A DNA stretch of 64,000 nt, from NCBI GenBank assembly GCA_028023455.1, contig JAQFVV010000009.1, positions 16,864,001-16,928,000 on the forward strand, written 5' to 3'. The DNA is from Epiperipatus broadwayi (taxonomy: Eukaryota > Animalia > Onychophora). This document shows positions 12,011 to 23,439 of the stretch, one piece after another (positions within the stretch are counted from its first letter, which is position 1; each line of letters opens with the position of its first letter). The notes under the pieces were generated by a model that was not told the origin of the DNA, ran no database searches, and saw only the letters and a program-made list of their open reading frames with translations. A program made the position numbers and the translations under genes.

Positions 12011-12990
12011 TTGTGTGCATGATTTACTATTGCAGAGAGACCAGGCAGTAGTTTTATTCTGATTAAACTTAAAATGGCGTATTGATTTAAAATCTTGAAA
12101 TATTTTCTGTAGTATTGATATCTGCTTTGTAGAAGAAAGGAAGACTGTAGTGTCATCCATATATATAATGCAGGCTATATGTTGGTTATGTGCCTGGTAT
12201 CTGAATGCCTTTAATACTCTGTTGGATTCAAGGATAAGTAAGAACAGGTTGATGTAAAAGATAAATAGTAGTGAGCTGAATGGGAAACCTTGAGAAATGG
12301 ATTGGTGTGAGGATGAATGATGGAGGGAGTTTGCCAATTGAGCATTATATGTATTTCATGACTGAGTAGTACTACTGTTAGTGAGCAGATGCAGATGAGT
12401 GTGTGGATTGTGATGTCATCCAACAAATTAATCAATGTATTAATGTTGACTGAGTCAAAAGCCACTTCTATATTAAGTTGAACTGTAATTGGCGCATAAC
12501 TTTTCTGGTCCCATACCAAGCTTAAGACTATTTCAAAAATCATTGCAGCTTGTGCAGTCGATGACTGCTTCTTTGAAAACTGGCTTGTGAGATTAGTGGC
12601 AGAATGCATGTCTCTATGCTACCCTTGAGCACTTTTTTGATGATTTTGATGACAAGTGGTGCCATTGAGATGGAATGGAGGTTGGATAGGGTTGATATGG
12701 AGGCATTTTTTTTGTTGAAGTGGACTACTGTAATTGGATAAATCCTGGCTATCATGTAGCTTCTGTGGTTGATGATTTGCAAAATCACACATATATTGGG
12801 TAGTGAGCTGACTGAGATGCACAAAGACAAATTTTGGAATGACATGTGCTCCTGGGTGACATGTATATGATATTGTGGCCAGTTTAATGGCAAATTCTGT
12901 GATGTTGAATAGGGTGTTTGTTTGTGATTTTCCAAAAATATCAGAAAGGTGCTTGAATGGGTGATATGTTTGTAGTTTTTGTTTGACATG
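12010..12990 (-). mobile_element. L1/Tx1-like LINE RT fragment (copy A)
   Basis: VQLNIEVAFDSV and HIACIIYMDDTTVFL in the ORF track. Homologous to the + strand copies. Confidence 0.75.
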
Positions 12991-13520
12991 ATAAATAGTA
13001 AACCACTAAACATCATATGATAACAATTTCTTATGGTTTTATAACTGTTATTAAAACAGGCAAACCTCTCCATACAATAGGGTCATTCAGTGAAAGCCAG
13101 ACTAATCAATGAATGACCAAAGGTTTGTGCATAAAATCCCTATCTAGTGCATACTCATCCAATATTCCCAGACTAGTTTTTGGCTTGTGGCCTTTGTCAG
13201 TGAGGAATCTTGGATCTGAGAGCACTGCACCTAAATCTTAGGATCTAATGAAACCTCTAGCAGCCACCTTTTATCTCTACTTAACTACAAAACTATCAGA
13301 ATAAAATTGAAAACACAATATTTTCAGTCTAGGGTCATTAGCTTATTTAGTCATATAGATCTGATCTCAGTTCAGTATCCATACATTTTGGTGTCTTTGG
13401 TTCTTTAATAACCATAGCCACCACTATCCTATTAGGCAGTATTTGTAGTAAACCACTAAACATCACATGATCACCATTTCTTATGCTTGCTCATAACTAT
13501 TATTAAAGCAGCCAAAACTG
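12990..13520 (-). mobile_element. HHR family C pseudo-LTR-like repeat with partial second unit
   Basis: 12995-13270 is homologous to 17400-17856. The segment GTAAACCACTAAACATCA... recurs at ~12998 and ~13448. Confidence 0.7.
13165..13206 (-). ncRNA. Degenerate hammerhead motif, family C
   Basis: TCCTCA-CTGACAA-A-GGC-CACAA-GCC-A-AAAA-C-TA-GTC-TGGGAA. Core G8 and G12 are mutated. Confidence 0.55.
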
Positions 13521-16500
13521 GATGGCCTAAAAAAATCACCAACAAAATAAACCAAAAACCAATGACACTAACCACATATCACTCATCAGTGAGATTGCTG
13601 ACAGCCCCTAAAACCCCCATCCAGCCAAACATCAATTATCCTCAGCAACAATTGATCAGAAAACAATTACACCCACTGATACTCCACATTAGAGAAATCA
13701 CAGTCTCTTACTTTCAAAAAATCCATTCAGCATCATTAACTCTCTTTATACTCCATGAAACAAAAAATAATAGGGTTCAATGTCCATGGCCTCAATTTAT
13801 CATCAAAGGAATATGAAAAACAAAAGTGAATTACTATCATTCAACCTCATCTCCTTAGATTACTGGAAACAAAAATTTACAAAGGATCTTCAATTGATCC
13901 TGTTGACTATCTCCATAGACATGGATTCTGGGTTTGATCAAAAGATACTTCCTCATCATCAGCAGACACTGGTATTCTCATGTTTGATTGCCCATTCAAG
14001 TCATTTAAAAATTTATACATTGATGAGCACTTACTAATTACAATTTTTCATTACCATATAGGAGCACTAAACATAGTATGCATCTATATTCCCTCCAGAC
14101 TTACAGTCAACACATATATTATCCAAACCATCAATTCAAATTCTTACAACTAGCTCACACCCAACCATATTAATGGGTGATTTCAATCTGGATTTCTCAA
14201 TGGCTTCATCACTTAAACTCTCTACTAATGAGTGTCCAGGGCTTTCTACCACCTGATTCAATCACTTTTCATAACAAACAGCATACCACACTCATCAACC
14301 TATATTTTTACTTTGCGATGCTGCATCACCTAATAGAACATAACATTAACCCCCCCCCCTACATTCTCACACCATTCTGCCCAAGAAATCACACAACCTT
14401 AATGAACTCCAGGAAATATCCTTTCGCTTGCATATCATTTCAATTGCATAAAATAATCCACATGGATTTTTCTCTCATTTACTATTGAGTTCATGTTCCA
14501 AATCCTGTATAATATTAAATGAGCTATACAAAATGGCTATAGACCCAGCTCAGAAGCATCTCACTTCATACACATATTATTTAATATACAACACTTAATA
14601 CTTATCTCTGCATCTTCTAGCATTGTCCAATGATTTACATAAGCAAACTGCCACACCAACAGTTAATCAGGCTTACTCAAACTTACCATCATGTCTAAAA
14701 CAGTTGACTAACTTTCTTGCAATCAAAATAAAAAAATGTCTTAACTCAGCATCATATATTGACAGGAGCATGTTTACACAAAACATTGAGTCACTCATAC
14801 TCATCAAAGGTCCCTATGGCACTTCAAAGTGACATAGGGGTATGTACTGGACTAATGTGATCCACCCTATACACCTGCACTTTAAAAACAAACTTGAGAT
14901 CCAAGATGTATTCACTTCATCAATACAAAGTTGTGAACTATAGGAAAACTACTATGTCTTTTCAACTCAATCAATATGTTGCCAAACTCACCACTACTGA
15001 AAACACTTTAGGCCTTATGTAATTCCTGTCATTTTAATCATTTCCCTACACTATGTATTCATGATCTGGACAATTTCCTATCCCAGAGGATATATAGAGT
15101 AAAAGGTGTGTATTTCATTTATCCCAGAGGATATATAGAGTAAAAGGTGTGTATCCCATTACCTTAATGTCTTTCACTAAAAATCTGAGGCTATGTCTGA
15201 TCTAACTAACATTCTATTTATCTTCATGATCTTATTAGTCATTAAAACATTCAAAAAAAGGAATCAATAATCAAATTGTGCCACACATTCTTCCATCATT
15301 ATCACATTTACAGTTTTCCAAAAAAAGTTTCTCCACCATCCACATAGCACTCATATTTAATGATAATTCTAAGCTTAGTTAAAAAAATAAAAAACAGTCT
15401 CATTGTAATCCAGCTTGATATAAAAGCAGCTTTTGATTCTATCTCAATTATACTACTTATTCAAATTCTCACTGAAAATACCATCCTTCTTATCCTGTTA
15501 TATCTTATCAGCAACCTCCCTCTGAATCATGAGTTGCACATCACTCTTAATTGTAAAAATTCTCCATCCTTCAATCTTCAGTCAATCTCACAAGGGTAAT
15601 CAATAAGCTTATTACTGTTTACACTCTACATAAATTCATTTTTAGAACAAATACAGAATAAAATTCTGGAATTCAAATTCCACACACCCAGCAATACATT
15701 CCATTCATATCCTACATGGATGACATCGCTGTGTACCTGCCTTTTCAGAAACAACTCCCCATACATCAGACCATCCTTAATGACAATGAAGCAACCTATA
15801 AACTGCACTTTAATCCAAAAACTGTTGCATGGACTCGATTCACAAAGAAACCATGTTCCTAAACTTTTTAAGAAAAATCTGCTCCATTCTTAGGCTTTCC
15901 CTTTTACAGAGACTCCTTTGGTATGAAACTCACAATACAAATCAAGTTACAAGATTTTGTACTGCAAATTATCTTAAGGCATATCCATTTATTTCAAGAT
16001 ACACCTGTTCAATACCTTGCTATGACAAAAATCACTTACTTATACATATCAAATTCTCAAAAATGTTCATTTCTCCCAACAACTCCATGTTCAATAAATC
16101 TCTGGAGCCACAAGAATAAATCAATGTCTATAAAAGTGGCTCAACCACTAACCTATAAACAACAGTCTAAACTTGCACAGCATTTGATTATTCTATAATA
16201 AAAAGCCTTTAACTTAATATATTGCATCTATTACCAACCAATTCCAAAAACTTCATTGCCTACTGAAAGTAACCCCTATAAATAAACCTTTTTCATTGCC
16301 TACTGAAAGTAACCCCTATAAATAAACCTTTTTCAATGTTAAATCTTACAGATATTATTCGCTCAATCCTAGGTACCACTAACCAGATCAGGCTCTCCCA
16401 CAATTCCAAGTACACATATTGGCTAACATATAATAACCTGCTTTATCCAGACCTTGGCAATGATTACCCCCTTATACCGCTCCTCATGCTTGGCATAAAT

Positions 16501-17562
16501 AACCAACATCTTCTCTGCCAATTTAAAAAATGTGCACTAGAACCAAAGTTTTTTGACTTTCTAATTAGAGTCAACCTGCAAATTTTTCCATAAACTTTTT
16601 CTCTGCAGTATTACCATATGTACAAAAATATCAACCTATTCTGAGGGCTATGCCATGAAGCGAAGAAGACTAAACAACACCTTCTCAATACATGCCAACT
16701 TATGCCAAATGTGTACAGGCAAGTTGCTACTTATATCCATCATATAATTCAGTTCTTCCAAAGATTACACATTTCAGCAATTTATGCAGCTACATGTATC
16801 TTGTTTGTATTCTGGTATATCTGTTATACTTTTTTGTTAGGCAACAACTCCAGAAGACATCCATCTACATTTATCAAGAAATTATGCCAGATAAAAGCAT
16901 AGGATAACAACAAGATCCCTGGACATTTTTTGTGATTATTTGGTCACTCATTAGAGAGCAGTGCATGCCAGATAAAAGCATAGGATAACAACAAGATCCC
17001 TGGACATTTTTGTGATTATTTGGTCACTCATTAGAGAGCAGTGCAATCTATAAGCTGTCACAATCACAGTAAGCAATATTAACAATATTCTCAGACATTT
17101 AATCTGCTTCAAAATAGAACTAGCTACATGCAAAACTATTTTCCAGAAACTCATTACAATAGTTCAATACTACAAAAGGCTATCGAACTGGAGATACTCA
17201 AGAGAAATAAACTTTAATTCAAACGTTATAAACAATTTTTTATATATATCCAATATTATGTTGCGCAAAAAAAGTATCATTAACAACAATCATGTATAAC
17301 CACCAATGGTCACATAATTAATGATAAATTAGAAATTAATGGTCATATAATTGTACTGTAATAAGTAATGTTAATCAATTTTGTATAATAATCATTATAA
17401 ACCACTAAACATCACATGATCATCTCTTATACTAGCACATAATTGTTATTAAACAAGGCAAAACTCTCCATACATTAGTACCACCTTGTGCCAAATAGAG
17501 TAATCAATGGATACCATAAGGCTAGTGCATAAAATTCCTGTCTAGTGCATACTCATCCAATA

Positions 17563-17604
17563 TTCCCAGACTAGTTTCTGGCTTGTGGCCTTCATCAGTG
17601 AGAA
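17563..17604 (-). ncRNA. Type I hammerhead ribozyme motif, family C, intact core
   Basis: TTCTCA-CTGATGA-A-GGC-CACAA-GCC-A-GAAA-C-TA-GTC-TGGGAA. Confidence 0.75.
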
Positions 17605-17705
17605 GCTTTGGAACTGAGAGCATTGCACCTAGATCTTAAAAAAGTGGCTGCTGGAGGGTTACATTAGATCCTAAGATCTAGGTGCAGTACTCTCAGATCC
17701 AAAAC

Positions 17706-17747
17706 TCCTCACTGATGAAGGCCACAAGCCAGAAACTAGTCTGGGGA
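17706..17747 (+). ncRNA. Type I hammerhead ribozyme motif, family C, intact core
   Basis: TCCTCA-CTGATGA-A-GGC-CACAA-GCC-A-GAAA-C-TA-GTC-TGGGGA. 6-bp stem I, palindromic stem III (ACTAGT), GUC cleavage triplet ending at 17741. Confidence 0.75.
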
Positions 17748-18099
17748 TATTGGATGAGTAGGCACTAGATAGGAATTTTATGCACTAGCCTTCTGGCATC
17801 CATTGATTACTCTGTTTGGCACAAGGTGGCACTGCTGCATGGAGTTTTGCCTTGTTTAATAATCATTATACTTGAAATCCCTTTGTAACACTGGCAAAAC
17901 TTTTGTAAAATATTTCTTATGTAACACATCTTTTGGTCAATAAGGTATATTGCTGAATCATCACCATCATCATAATATAAATAAGAAGAAGAAAAAGAAG
18001 AACACACAGTATTCTAGCCCCATTTTATATAATGTCAAAACACTAAACTAAATTGACAAGGTAAAATTTTTTATACAATTTTTATAGTTTTCACTTACT

Positions 18100-21000
18100 C
18101 ACTTATGTTTTTTTTAGGTTGCAGCTGATTTTTTTATTATAAATTTGATAAATATTACTGCATTTAATCATTTAATCAAAGTCGATAGGACTATCACCTA
18201 AACAAATATTTCCAGCCAATATCTTGAACTTTCAAAATCAAAGTCTAGATTTTAATCAAACATATCAAAACTATATTAGCAACAATGTATACATTCTCCT
18301 TGCTAACAAGAACAAAATTTCTAATAATATCAACAGCTTAAGAGGAAAATTTCAAATCCTAAGCAAACATACAGAAATGTCATAAAATATAAATTCAGAC
18401 ATTATTTTTTCCAAAGGTCAAACTACAAATTTTAAAAATGCCCAAAGCAAACAAGGATATAAGCTAAAGTACTATCAAAAGCTTAAGAAATCAAAGTACA
18501 AAACCCAAGAAAACATATGGAAAAGTCAGCAGTGATGCAAATTTAACAGATTAACCAGGATATAGGTTCGAATGGTATTACTTACTCCAAGGGTCACAGT
18601 ACAAGTTCTAAAAAAAGTTATTCAAATATCATCAGCAACAATGTGGAAACACTTTATATTAACAATAATGTAATTCCAAACACTCCAAGGTCAATTCCAT
18701 ATTTTCACAAAACTACTTTCAATGACAACACAGATTTGGTGCAGAATGTACAGCAGCTCCACCCCCTTCCCATCATTGACTGGACATTACAAACACTAGC
18801 AAACATTAGTGATATATTTTTCAGCACTATCCCTACAGTTGTTATACAACATTTAAAAGTATTTTTTTCACCACAGTCTCTGGGGCTATCAGTCACTGAT
18901 ATCGATGTATCTCTCTACAAGTTCCCTTGGAAACTTCTCTATAATGCCATATGAATGCATGGAATGTGAGCTTTAATCAGTAAGATAGCTGATCATCCAA
19001 ATCCTAGGTACCTAGAAATTGAATTTTTTCAAGTTACCCAACACTTAGAAACTATGTGCTGATAACAGTCAACCCAGATTGAACAACTGAATCACTGGGG
19101 TGTTGTTAAATACCTAATTCAGATACACCCCACAAGATTTTCAATGGTTGATGTAGCACTTTGGCATAGCCACATTTTTTCAATCAATTCTTTTCAAAAA
19201 TATACCTGTACTTATTTCAAGCAATAGTTATGAATTAAAAATTCAACTGCACCCAGAGTCATTTTGCAACTCAGTGCTTCAATCTACACATTCCATCTTC
19301 ATCAACACCTATCTTTAAAACAAATTTGCAAACAACCAGATATCAATTTAATCTGGCTAGGGCCTGAAACCACAGCCAGACTGATGGTTAACAACCTCTC
19401 AGATAAGCTCTCATTTTATACCAATTCCACGCTCACACTAAAACAAATGCCTCAGGTTATTTCTATAGTGTATGTACAGTCAATTTCATATCCAGAATCT
19501 AGTTAGCCTGCTATCCCATCCCCATGATAAAACAAGAATGCCAGGCTATAGCACAAACTACCAGCCTACTTATGAGAAAATCCTTTATCTAAACAGCCTT
19601 CAACACATCATAAAAAATAAAACTTCAATAAATATCATGGAAACAATTATGCAATGCCTATGATCCATATCATTACTTCCTCACCCCAATGAAAACAAAA
19701 AAAAATGGATTGCTTAGTAAATATCACCAACAAAACACAAAAAACTAATGATACAGACCATAAATCATTCATCACTAAGATTTCTGATAATCCCTATAAG
19801 ACCATGCAAATTTTCACATCATTCTATTACTGTAATCACTCACCTTGCTCACTCTTCATACCAGAAAAAACACCATCTCAACATGTCTCCCCTGACTCTA
19901 AATTCATTAAATACCCTCAGTAACAGTTGCACTCACTGATACTCCACATTAATAAAATCAAATGCCTTTACACTGTTCCTTATTTTCAAAAAACACTATA
20001 GCATTATTACCCTTTCAATACTCCAGAAAACTAAAAATAATAGCATTCAATGTCCATAGTCTCAATTCACCATCACAAAAGTGGATTAGAATCATTCAAC
20101 CTCATCTCTTCAGATTACTGGAAACAAAAAAAAATTCAGAGGATTTCAAATTGACCCTGATAACTACCTCCAAAGATATGGCATCTGTGCTTGCTCAAAA
20201 GGTACTTCCTCACCATAAGCAGGCATTGGTATTCTCATCACCTTTGATTGCCACATTCAAGTCATTTAAAATTTCTATATATTGATGAGCTCATTATAAA
20301 TTACTATTTTTCACCACAGTATAGTAGCACTAAGCAAAGTATTTGTCTATATTCTTCCCAACCTAGCATTAAACACAGTATATTCTTCCCAAACTCTCTT
20401 TTCATCACATATTTCACCCAAAGCATCAATTCAGTTCTTGCAACTAGCTCATATCCAATCATATTAATACATGATTTCAATCGGATTATCCAACTTTTAT
20501 AAACAAATGGCTTCTTCTCTTAAACTTTCTCCTAATGAGTACCCTGTGTTTTCTACTACCTGGTTCAATCAATTTTTCATAATAACGAACAAGCCACACA
20601 CATCAACCTATGTTGTTACTTTCCAATGTTGTATCAACTAATAAAACTTAATCTTAACTCCCTCCATTCTTAAACCACTTTGCCAAAGCAGTCACCTTAA
20701 ACTTAATGAACTTCAGGCAATATATTTTCAATTTCATAAAACAATCCATATGATTCTTTTCTCATTTACTATTGAGATCATGTTTTCCAAATCCTATATC
20801 ATGTTAAACAAGCTACACAAAACTGCTATAGACTCAGTTCTGGAGTACCTTGCATTTACACACATTATTATTCAAAATACAACCCTTAACACAATTGACA
20901 TCTTTATCTCTGCATCTTCTGGCATTGGCTGATGAGTTACATAAGAAAACAACCACTACTAAGCCCTCCCATCAAACTCACCAACAGTTAAGTCAGGTTT

Positions 21001-23390
21001 ACTCAAACATACCATCATGTCTGCAAACAGATGACTAAGCTTGTAATAAAAACAATAAAAAATTGCCTAAGCCAGAATCACATATGAATAAGAGCATACA
21101 TACATGAGATGTTGGGTCATCTATGTCAAAAATTTCTATGGTGCTTCAAACTAACATATGGATATACACTGGACAAATAGGATGCACCCTATATACTTCC
21201 ACTCTAAAAACAAGCTTCAGATCCATAATGTATTCACTCTATCTATACACTGTTTTGCACCACCAGAAACTATTATACCTTTCCAAACCAGCCAATTTTC
21301 TGCCAAACTTGCCACTAATGACAGGTTTTCTCACCCTGGGTCTTATGAAATTCCTGCAAGTATCTTACATGAAATTCCTGCAAGTATCTTAACTCATCTT
21401 AGTCATTTCACTATGCTGTATATCTAGCAAATTACCTATCACAGAAAATATATAGGGTAATCCAGTTACTATAGTGTATTCTACTAAAAAAACATGTGAC
21501 TACTGATCTAACCAACCTTTGACCTATCTCCATCAGTCCACTAGCCATTAAAATACTTGAAAAAAGATATCAAAGACCAAATTGAGCTAGACATCTTTCC
21601 ATTATTACTACATGTACAATTTGCCAAAAAATGCTCCTCCACCAGCCAAGCAGCACTCATATTTATGACAATTTCTAAACTCAGTTCAAAAAATAAAAAA
21701 GCAGTCCCACTGCAGTTCAGCTTCACATACAAGCAGCTTTTAATTCACTCTCAACTTACATATTCAAGTGCTACAAAATCACCATTCCACCTACTCTGTT
21801 ATACTTAATCACCAACCTTCTGAATTGTGAGTGGCACAACACTCAGTAGAAATTCTCCATTCTTCAATGTCACTCAGTCAATCTCACAAGGTTCATCTCT
21901 AAGTTCATTACTGTTTACCCTCTGGTTTATCCCTAAGTTTATTACTGTTTATCCTCTACATAAATTGGCTTTTGTAACAAATACATAATAAAGTTACTGT
22001 AATTCATATTCTACATTCCCAGCAATACACTTTCTGCATAGTGATATCATTGTCTTTCTACCTTCTCTGAAACAATTCCCCATACTGCAGACCATTCTTA
22101 ATGATTACATAGCAGCCTACAAACTGGACTTTATTCCCCAAAAAACTTCTGAATGGACTCTATTCACAAAGAAATCCTGGTTCCATATTTTCCAAAGAAC
22201 ATTCACTCCATTCTTACACTTTTCCTTTTACAAAGACTCCTTTGGTATGAGACTCACAATAGAAATCAAGTTAGAAACATTTTGTAGTGGCAATTACAAA
22301 CTCACTTTCTAAAGCATATCTATCTATTTATTTCAACATACACTTGTTCAATACTTTTGCTGTGACAAAAACCACATACTATGCACCTATTATCAAATTT
22401 TCAAAGTTGTTCATTTCTGCCATGCAATAAATTGCTTTGGGGTCACAAGACCATATGAATAAACATAAAATGGTGCAACCACCAAGCCTCATACAACAGT
22501 TTAAACTAACACAGCATTAACTTAAGAGCAGCTATTATTTACCAGTTCCAAAAACTCCTGTGTCTGCTGAAAGCAACCCCTACAAGTAAACCTCCTCCTT
22601 CAATGCCTTATCTCACAGTTATCTTAATTCTAAGTGGCACCAGTCAGATGAGCCTCTCCCACAATTTCACATACACTTACTGGCAAAGATATAATGAGCT
22701 TATCCAGACCCTGCAATGATTATCCTCTTCCCATGCTTGACATAAATAACCATTATCTTCTCCATCAATTTAAAAAATGGGCACTAGAGCCAAAGTTTTT
22801 TCACTTTCTAATGAGACTCAACCTGTGCACATTTTTGGCTTTATTTCTGTGGTATCACCATCTGTACAAAAATATTTTCTCTTGCTGGGGACTGTCATGA
22901 AGCTTAGGAGACTCAACAACCCTTTTTCAATAATGTTGAGCACTAAACTCCACACATCAAATTATGCTAAATGTATACAAGCAGCTCATTATTTCTATTC
23001 ACCACCTAACTCAGCCCTTCCAAAGATTACACATTTCAGCAGTGTGTGCAGCCACATGCACCCTACTTCCTTTCTGGTTCACCTGTTGCACCTTCTTGAT
23101 AGGCAACAACACCTGGAGGCATCCATCCACATTTATCAATAAATTATGCCAGATGAAATCATGAGATAAAAACACAGCACCCTAGATATTTTTGCAATTA
23201 CTTGGTCATTTATTAGAGAGCAGTCCAACCTATAAGCTGCCACAATCACAGTAGGCAGTATTAAAAACCTCAGATATTTCATTTGCTTCACAATATAACT
23301 ACTTACATGAAAATCCATGTGTCAGATACTCATTATAATAGTTCAACACCACAGAAGAGAAGCTCTATTTTATATAATCTCAAAGTACTT
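18100..23390 (+). mobile_element. L1/Tx1-like LINE, near full length, decayed (copy C)
   Basis: 5' region homologous to copy D (18120-18560 vs 23460-23940). APE LKIIAFNVHSLN (~20030). RT and C-terminal regions collinear with copies B and D. Confidence 0.85.
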
Positions 23391-23439
23391 GAAATATCAT
23401 GCTGACAAATTCTTATAATTTTTAATTACCCAATTGTTT

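Larger units (their letters stand above)
17400..17856 (+). mobile_element. HHR family C fold-back insertion with 14-bp TSD, inside the 3' UTR of LINE copy B
   Basis: Arms 17446-17638 and 17672-17862, left arm extended 46 nt. TAATAATCATTATA duplicated at 17386-17399 and 17857-17870. The homologous UTR of copy D (~28870-28900) is uninterrupted. Confidence 0.85.
13520..17960 (+). mobile_element. L1/Tx1-like LINE, decayed (copy B)
   Basis: APE start MKQKIIGFNVHGLN (13755), ILMGDFN (~14165), IQLDIKAAFD (~15405), SYMDD (~15710). 3' UTR shared with copy D. Many stops and frameshifts. Confidence 0.85.
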
